A stretch of 29,974 bases of DNA from an uncultured Lachnospiraceae bacterium (GTDB lineage Bacteria > Bacillota > Clostridia > Lachnospirales > Lachnospiraceae): NCBI GenBank assembly GCA_946611525.1, contig CAMODS010000001.1, positions 1-29,974 of the forward strand, read 5' to 3'. Shown one piece after another: positions 24,215 to 29,974 of the stretch. The position numbers and the translations under genes were made by a program. A model generated the notes under the pieces. The model saw only the letters and a list, made by a program, of their open reading frames with translations, was not told the DNA's origin and searched no databases. Position 1 is the stretch's first letter, and every line of letters begins with the position of its first letter.

Positions 24215-25234
24215 TTGAAAAAGGAAGAACACAAAACAGGTATTTTCATAATTGTGGCGCTGATCATATTGGCGGTATGCCTGGGTATCATCATCTTCAG
24301 AGTCCAGTATCTTTTGCTGGCAAGGGATCAGGTGGATACTTCCGCGCGCACCTATGACAGATACTACGCCTTTATAACCTCTGACGATTCCGATTTCTGG
24401 GAGGAGGTCTATGAGAGTGCCAGGGACTATGGCGAAAACTATGATGTATATGTGGAAAAATTCGGGTCAGACCTTTCGGCTGGCTATGGTGAGGCTGAGC
24501 GTATAGAGATTGCGGTGGCCTCCGGAGTGGATGGCATCATCGCTGAGGGTGCCCCAAAGTCTGCTCTTAAAAAAGCTCTGAAAAAAGCTGATGCGGCGGG
24601 GATCCCCGTGGTTCTTGTGGGTGAGGATATGCGCGCTGTTCCCAGGATCAGCTTTGTGGGAGTAGGCCAGTATGATCTGGGAGAAATGTACGGCGTACAG
24701 GCTGCGGCTATTTCAAAGAAGCTTTTGAATTCAAAGGACAAAGTAAGGATCACGGTGCTTTCATCCTCGGCCAAGCCCGGGGAAGGAGAGAAGCTTATCA
24801 TCAGTGCCATCAGAAAGGTGATCTCCAGTGATGAGGATCTATACGGCAGAGCCTCAGTTGATCTGTATCCCATTGGTGACGACGGGCTTTTTTCTTCTCA
24901 GGAGACGGTGTATGATTTTTTGATGGAAAAGGATGTGCCGGATGTGGTGATAGCCCTGACTGAGGAGCTTACCGTAAGTACATATCAGGCGGTGGTGGAT
25001 CTAAACCTGGCAGGAGTCGTAAACATCATAGGCTCCCACGACTCCGATGCGATAAAAAGTGCCATCAAAAATGAGGTTATCTATTCTTCTGTGGCTACGG
25101 ACACAACCCAGTATGGGGAGTATGCTACCTACGCCCTGGAGGAATATCTAAAGACGGGTAACGTCAGCGAATACTTTGCGGTGGACAATATAGTGCTGGA
25201 CGTTCCGACCCTGATGTCGGAGGATGAGTCATGA
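24215..25234 (+). CDS. Membrane-anchored sugar-binding-type sensory protein
   Basis: TTG start after AGGAGG, N-terminal TM helix without a lipobox, PBP type I motifs (FWEEVYESA, VDGII, GIPVVLV, FVGVGQYDLG). Confidence 0.85.
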   Translation: MKKEEHKTGIFIIVALIILAVCLGIIIFRVQYLLLARDQVDTSARTYDRYYAFITSDDSDFWEEVYESARDYGENYDVYVEKFGSDLSAGYGEAERIEIAVASGVDGIIAEGAPKSALKKALKKADAAGIPVVLVGEDMRAVPRISFVGVGQYDLGEMYGVQAAAISKKLLNSKDKVRITVLSSSAKPGEGEKLIISAIRKVISSDEDLYGRASVDLYPIGDDGLFSSQETVYDFLMEKDVPDVVIALTEELTVSTYQAVVDLNLAGVVNIIGSHDSDAIKSAIKNEVIYSSVATDTTQYGEYATYALEEYLKTGNVSEYFAVDNIVLDVPTLMSEDES

Positions 25235-26706
25235 TAGAACGCATAGAAAACAGTTCCATCGGAAAAAAGCTTTTGTTTATATATGCCATTACCTCCGTTG
25301 TGGTACTGATGCTCAACATCTTTGTTTTCGTCAATATCAACAGGCTGGTAAAAGAGCTGGACAGTGTGTTTTTGACCAACATCAATATTGGAGAATTCTC
25401 CTCATCTTTAGATAAGGTGCATACCCAGATGCTTGGTTATCTGAATACCAAGTCCACGGATGATATCTACGGCTACTACGAGGCTTATCAGGAATATGAG
25501 ACACAGATATCCCTTTTGTCCGATGAGATATCCTCCCAGTCCACCAAGCGGATGGAGAGGAATATCCGCAGTATGAGTGAAAACTACCTGCTTCTGACGG
25601 AAAACGCCATAGATGCAAAGCGAGGCAGGAATATAGAAAAGTACCGTAACTACTATGAGCAGGCAAATGAGCTCTACGGTTATTTAAAGACCTATATCAA
25701 CAACCTAAACAACGAGTATTTTAAAAACAATTCCGCAGACTACCTGACTTTGTCCGACTCTCTGGGCTATGTGGAATTTATAAACATGTTTGTGTTTGTT
25801 ACGGTTTCGACCGTCAGTATTATTTTGGTCATCATCCTGGCAAACAGGGTGACGAGGCCCCTAAAGTCCCTGGCTGATGTGGCGGAAAAGGTGGCCGAGG
25901 GAAACTATAATGTGACGGTTCAGCCTGTAAAAACAATGGATGAGATCGGTGTTTTAAATGCAGCCTTTGACAGGATGCTTACGGGAATAAAGCAGGGGAT
26001 ACTGATGGAAATGAAGCTTCGTGAGGCAGAGCTTAAGACGTTGCAGGCCCAGATCAATCCCCACTTTTTGTTCAATACCTTAAATGCCGGTGCCCAGCTT
26101 GCCATGATGGAGGGGGCGGACCGGACCTATGCCTACGTTCAGGCAGTGGCGGATTTCTATCGCTACAATGTTAAAAAAACGGATGCTCCGGTGACTTTGG
26201 CAGATGAGATCCAGATGGTGGATACCTATATCTACATATTAAACATCCGCTTTTCAGGTGACGTGGGTTATGAAAAGCATATAGAAGAGGGCATAGAGGA
26301 TGTGATGATGCCCACCATGACTCTTCAGCCCATAGTGGAGAATGCGGTAAACCACGGAATCAGAGAGATCATGGGTGAGGGCAGGATAGTGATCACCGCT
26401 GAAAATGATGGGGCGGAATGTGTCATCCGTATATCAGACAACGGCAGGGGACTGACGAAAAAACAGGTGGACGACATCATGCACAGACGCACCAGGATGA
26501 AGGATGAGCACGGAGGCATCGGACTTAGAAACGTGATGGAGAGACTCTTTCTCATGTTTGGCAGAGAAGATGTGTTTGAGGTGGAAAGTGACGGGCCCGA
26601 TATGGGTACCACCGTGACACTGAGGTTGCCGAAGGATGGTAACCTTGCATTGGAGGATATGGAACAGGGAGGTGACGAAAGCATTGTATCGGATAATGAT
26701 ATGTGA
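25231..26706 (+). CDS. Sensor histidine kinase 2, YesM/LytS type
   Basis: HAMP VTRPLKSL...DEIGVLNAAFDRM, LQAQINPHFLFNTLN, LQPIVENAVNHG, ISDNGRG, GIGLRNV. ATGA overlap with the upstream binding protein. Confidence 0.93.
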   Translation: MIERIENSSIGKKLLFIYAITSVVVLMLNIFVFVNINRLVKELDSVFLTNINIGEFSSSLDKVHTQMLGYLNTKSTDDIYGYYEAYQEYETQISLLSDEISSQSTKRMERNIRSMSENYLLLTENAIDAKRGRNIEKYRNYYEQANELYGYLKTYINNLNNEYFKNNSADYLTLSDSLGYVEFINMFVFVTVSTVSIILVIILANRVTRPLKSLADVAEKVAEGNYNVTVQPVKTMDEIGVLNAAFDRMLTGIKQGILMEMKLREAELKTLQAQINPHFLFNTLNAGAQLAMMEGADRTYAYVQAVADFYRYNVKKTDAPVTLADEIQMVDTYIYILNIRFSGDVGYEKHIEEGIEDVMMPTMTLQPIVENAVNHGIREIMGEGRIVITAENDGAECVIRISDNGRGLTKKQVDDIMHRRTRMKDEHGGIGLRNVMERLFLMFGREDVFEVESDGPDMGTTVTLRLPKDGNLALEDMEQGGDESIVSDNDM

Positions 26707-28285
26707 TGACGAGGGTATCGTTATTGATTCCATAAAGTTCATAATTGAAAAGGAGTTTCCGGGGCAGTGTGACATAGCATCGGCCAAGACCGGACGCGCG
26801 GTTATAGAGCTGGCGGACAGCTTCAGACCTGACATTGCATTCATGGATATCCAGATGCCGGGGATAAACGGCATCGAGGCCATGAAGGAGATCAGAAAGA
26901 GCAATGATTCCGTGATCTTTATAGTGCTGACAGCCTACGACAAGTTTGACTACGCAAAGGCTGCCATTAATGTAGGGGTAAAGGAGTACCTAAACAAACC
27001 GGTGGACCGTGCCAAGATCACCGAGGTTTTATCCCTTGCCATGAAGGACATTGACGACAACAGGAACAAGAGGGCCAGGGAGCTTCAGGTAAAGGAAAAG
27101 CTTGAGACTGTTGTTCCCATGATAGAAAACGGCCTTATATATAACCTTCTTTTCCAGGAGTACTTTGAGGAGGATATTGAAAACTACAGGAATCTTTTGG
27201 GTATTACGGAAAAGAGATGCTTTATGGGAGCTATAGTCTTCGGTGAAGAAAGGGACGGCAACCACATGACCAATGCAGTTGGAAGCTCCATAAGACTTCA
27301 CCGTTGCTACACCGAGGTGAGGGAGCTTATCCGCAGTACCTTCAACTGTTTTGTTGGTGGTATTTCTGCCAACAAGATAGCCATGCTTTTTCCCACGGAT
27401 GATGAGACCCATGATTACAATTCCAGAGTACGTCTCATAGAAAATGCCAGGAACCTGACTAAAAGGATAAAGGAGAGGACGGACATAGATGCGAGGGTGG
27501 GCTTTGGCCATATAGTTGATACCATGGATGCCATGTCTTCCTATCGTGATGCTCTTTGGGCTCTGATCCAGACCTCCGGCGGAGTGGCCCATGTGGATGA
27601 TGTTTTTACGGGAACGCTTTTTGATGAGGATTACCCGGCACAGACAGAAAAGGCCATAGCAGATGCCACTGAAAAGGGTGACGAGGAGGCTCAGCAGAGA
27701 GCGGCCATGGTCTACTTTGACTGGATGGTAAAAAACTATGCCAATGCGGTTTCAAATATCCAGCTTAAGGTTTTGGAACTGGTGATGAGGGCGGAGACCA
27801 TAGGCTATATAGAAAGTAGTGATACCTACCACTTTTTGTCCAGGGATGATTACCTTCCGGGTGTCATCAGTATGGGACAGGATATGGATGCATTAAAGGG
27901 CTGGTTTTTAATGAAGCTTTCTTTGGCTGTCCGCCGTGTGTCCGAAAGCCGCAGCAACCGTGAGGCCAATACCATCGAGAGGGCCAGGCTTTATATTGAC
28001 GAAAACTATTCAAAGGATATTTCTCTTGATGACGTTTCCAGGGTGGTTGATATAAGTCCCTATTATTTCAGCCGGGTCTTTAAGGATGAGACGGGACAGA
28101 ACTTTATCGACTATCTGACAGAGCGGCGTCTGGACAAGGCCAGGGAGCTTTTGCTGTCGGATGACAGGCTTTCCATGAAGGAGATCAGTATCATGGTGGG
28201 CTATTCAGATCCCAACTATTTTTCTCGTATATTCAAAAAGAATGTGGGGGTTACTCCTACAGAGTTTAAGGGAGGGAAAAATTGA
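26684..28285 (+). CDS. Response regulator, YesN type (REC + AraC HTH)
   Basis: MICDDE, FMDIQMPG, LTAYDKF, YLNKP, and C-terminal AraC (ISLDDVSRVVDISPYYFSRVFK...VGYSDPNYFSRIFKKNVGVTPTEF). Start taken as TTG 26684 after GGAGGTG. Confidence 0.94.
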   Translation: MYRIMICDDEGIVIDSIKFIIEKEFPGQCDIASAKTGRAVIELADSFRPDIAFMDIQMPGINGIEAMKEIRKSNDSVIFIVLTAYDKFDYAKAAINVGVKEYLNKPVDRAKITEVLSLAMKDIDDNRNKRARELQVKEKLETVVPMIENGLIYNLLFQEYFEEDIENYRNLLGITEKRCFMGAIVFGEERDGNHMTNAVGSSIRLHRCYTEVRELIRSTFNCFVGGISANKIAMLFPTDDETHDYNSRVRLIENARNLTKRIKERTDIDARVGFGHIVDTMDAMSSYRDALWALIQTSGGVAHVDDVFTGTLFDEDYPAQTEKAIADATEKGDEEAQQRAAMVYFDWMVKNYANAVSNIQLKVLELVMRAETIGYIESSDTYHFLSRDDYLPGVISMGQDMDALKGWFLMKLSLAVRRVSESRSNREANTIERARLYIDENYSKDISLDDVSRVVDISPYYFSRVFKDETGQNFIDYLTERRLDKARELLLSDDRLSMKEISIMVGYSDPNYFSRIFKKNVGVTPTEFKGGKN

Positions 28286-29343
28286 AGAAGCTTTTTTTGA
28301 AAATTTGTTCGTGTCTGTTATGTTTTACACTTCTATTGTCCTGTGCCACGGCTTTGTCCGGCTGCGGCCCGGCGGATGATGCAGGCGAAGAAGAACAGGA
28401 GGTTGATAACGGAGTTCCCGTCATAGGGTTTTCTTTTGACTCCTTCCTCATTGAAAGGTGGGAAAAGGACAGGGATATCTTTGTGTCAGCGGCAAAGGAT
28501 CTGGGTGCCGAAGTCAATGTCCAGGATGCAGGTGGAGACGTACAAAAACAGATAGGCCAGATAGAGTATTTTATAGAAAAAAAGGTGGATGCCATCGTGG
28601 TGGTGCCCATAGATGCAGAGAGCCTCGCTGATGTGTTGGCGCGGGCTAAAAATCTGGGGATAGTGGTGGTGTCCTACGACAGGATGGCTTTAAATGCTCC
28701 ATTGGATCTGTACATATCCTTTGACAACAAGAGGGTTGGTGAGCTCATGGCTGAGGCGCTGGCCTCCCATGACAATGTAAAAAATGTACTTATGCTTACC
28801 GGCCCGCTTGAAGACAACAATGTTACTCTTGTAAATGAGGGCTTTGAGGAAGTGTGCCAAAAGAACGGTATCACTGTGGTGGACAAATTCAACACACCGG
28901 AGTGGAAGTCGGAAAATGCGGAAGAGTTTTTGAATGCCAATATCGGGGTTTTAGACAGCATCGACGCAATAATGTGCGGAAACGACGGACTGGCCACCAG
29001 GACAATCCGTATCCTGGCAGAACGCAGAAAGGCAGGAACTATCCTGGTGACCGGGCAGGATGCAGAACTTGAGGCCTGCCAGCGGATAGTCCAGGGAACC
29101 CAGCTTATGACAGTATACAAGCCGGTGGAAAAGGAAGCGCGCATGGCTGCCGAGGCCGTGATGTCACTCATTGAGTCCCGGGCACCCTCCGGGATAAATG
29201 CCACCATGAGCAACGGAAAGTATGAAGTGGACAGCATTATCCTGGACCCTGTTGCGGTGGATAAGGACAATATTGACAATGTCATCATCGACAGCGGGTT
29301 CCACTCCAAAGACGATGTTTACTTGTTTAAACGGGAAGATTAA
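28282..29343 (+). CDS. XylF-like sugar-binding lipoprotein (probably sensory)
   Basis: Lipobox LSGC, IGFSFD..ERWEKDRDIF, VVSYDRM, ISFDNKRVG, GPLEDNN, MCGNDG, VTGQDAEL, MTVYKP match the XylF/D-xylose-binding type. Confidence 0.88.
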   Translation: MKKLFLKICSCLLCFTLLLSCATALSGCGPADDAGEEEQEVDNGVPVIGFSFDSFLIERWEKDRDIFVSAAKDLGAEVNVQDAGGDVQKQIGQIEYFIEKKVDAIVVVPIDAESLADVLARAKNLGIVVVSYDRMALNAPLDLYISFDNKRVGELMAEALASHDNVKNVLMLTGPLEDNNVTLVNEGFEEVCQKNGITVVDKFNTPEWKSENAEEFLNANIGVLDSIDAIMCGNDGLATRTIRILAERRKAGTILVTGQDAELEACQRIVQGTQLMTVYKPVEKEARMAAEAVMSLIESRAPSGINATMSNGKYEVDSIILDPVAVDKDNIDNVIIDSGFHSKDDVYLFKRED

Positions 29344-29371
29344 GGATTTCAATAGCACAATTTTAATAATT

Positions 29372-29410
29372 AAAAAAAGAGGCGGAGCAAAAATGTCCAC
29401 CTCTTTTTTT
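29372..29410. terminator. Bidirectional Rho-independent terminator
   Basis: AAAAAAAGAGG (29372-29382) pairs with CCTCTTTTTTT (29400-29410) around an imperfect inner stem. A7 and T7 tails are on the two sides. Confidence 0.85.
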
Positions 29411-29436
29411 GATTTCTATTTTTGTCCTGAAAAAAA

Positions 29437-29466
29437 TTGAAGATGATTGCAAACAAATCATATTAT
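29437..29466 (+). promoter_or_regulatory. Candidate sigma-A promoter for the ChvE-like gene
   Basis: TTGAAG (29437-29442), 18-nt spacer, TATTAT (29461-29466). An alternative is TGTGATAAT at 29470-29478. Confidence 0.45.
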
Positions 29467-29555
29467 CAATGTGATAATGTATGTGCATGGGAGCGGTGCA
29501 GGACGAAAATACACCGCCCAAAAAATTCACATACTTTACAAGGAGGGAGAAAACT

Positions 29556-29974
29556 ATGAAAAAAAAGATTCTTAGCGTACTTTTAAGTGTTGCTATGGCA
29601 GCTACCTTACTGGTTGGCTGTGGCGGCAATGGCGGCGGCGACACAGCATCTGACGCAGGCACAGACGCTGCACCCGCAGCAGAGGCACCTGCAGCTGAGG
29701 AAGCAGCTCCTGCAGCTGAGGCACCCGCAGGCGGCGGCAAGGTTGGCGTTTCAATGCCTACAAAGGATCTTCAGAGATGGAACCAGGACGGTGCTAACAT
29801 GGAAGAGCAGCTTAAGGCAGCAGGCTATGAGGTTGATCTTCAGTATGCAGCAAACGACGTTCAGCAGCAGCTTTCTCAGGTTGAGAACATGATCTCAGGC
29901 GGATGCAACGTTTTAGTTATCGCAGCTATCGAGGGATCTTCACTTGGTGAGGCTCTTGACATGGCTAAGGAAGC
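29556..29974 (+). CDS. Multiple-sugar-binding lipoprotein, ChvE-like (3'-partial; not in the ORF track)
   Basis: RBS AAGGAGGG, then ATG 29556: MKKKILSVLLSVAMAATLLVGC (lipobox), an Ala/Pro/Glu linker, KVGVSMPTKDLQRWNQDG...LQYAANDVQQQLSQVENMI...VLVIAAIEGSSL. The frame is open to the window end. Confidence 0.9.
   Translation, partial: MKKKILSVLLSVAMAATLLVGCGGNGGGDTASDAGTDAAPAAEAPAAEEAAPAAEAPAGGGKVGVSMPTKDLQRWNQDGANMEEQLKAAGYEVDLQYAANDVQQQLSQVENMISGGCNVLVIAAIEGSSLGEALDMAKE

Noticed and set aside
26636-26683. N-terminal extension of the response regulator; similarly 22602-22646 for HK1 and 20790-20849 for PAP2
   Set aside because: The extensions overlap upstream genes. Downstream starts (26684, 22647, 20850) match domain boundaries, and 26684 and 20850 also have clear RBSs.
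29587-29892. 101-aa plus-strand ORF in the track
   Set aside because: It is an alternative-frame artefact. The real gene starts at ATG 29556 in another frame, with a strong RBS, a lipobox and ChvE-like motifs.
1-29974. CRISPR array, rRNA/tRNA, transposase, integrase, prophage or defence genes
   Set aside because: There are no regularly spaced direct repeats, and no intergenic space or motifs for RNA genes. All long coding regions are explained by housekeeping, envelope or signalling families.

Overview
The window is chromosomal DNA with every supported gene on the + strand. Gene content and lipoprotein style suggest a Clostridia/Lachnospiraceae-like Firmicute (inference). Order: uvrB (5'-truncated), REC-degenerate GGDEF-EAL c-di-GMP phosphodiesterase, an inverted pair of REP-like repeats, standalone Hpt protein, YitT-family membrane protein, small P-loop protein, a glycosyltransferase cluster (GT2, 46-aa membrane microprotein, DUF4422, GT2, GT2). 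A tightly coupled ~19.6 kb run follows: valS, deoC, cdd, 47-aa microprotein, Zn-ribbon/TPR membrane protein, CopA-type P1B ATPase, PLP aminotransferase, GT2 with TPR-like tail, MBOAT, PAP2, then SBP-HK-SBP-HK-RR(AraC)-SBP. The window ends in a ChvE-like sugar-binding lipoprotein (3'-truncated). The most striking observation is that the CopA-type ATPase keeps all transport and phosphorylation motifs but lacks essentially its whole nucleotide-binding (N) domain, and has a possible internal start before its C-terminal metal-binding domain. Also notable are a two-kinase/three-binding-protein/one-regulator sugar-sensing module, covarying TGTC-tagged REP-like repeats, and two microproteins missing from the ORF track. 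I saw no rRNA, tRNA, CRISPR array, transposase or integrase. No database searches were run, so novelty claims remain to be tested.
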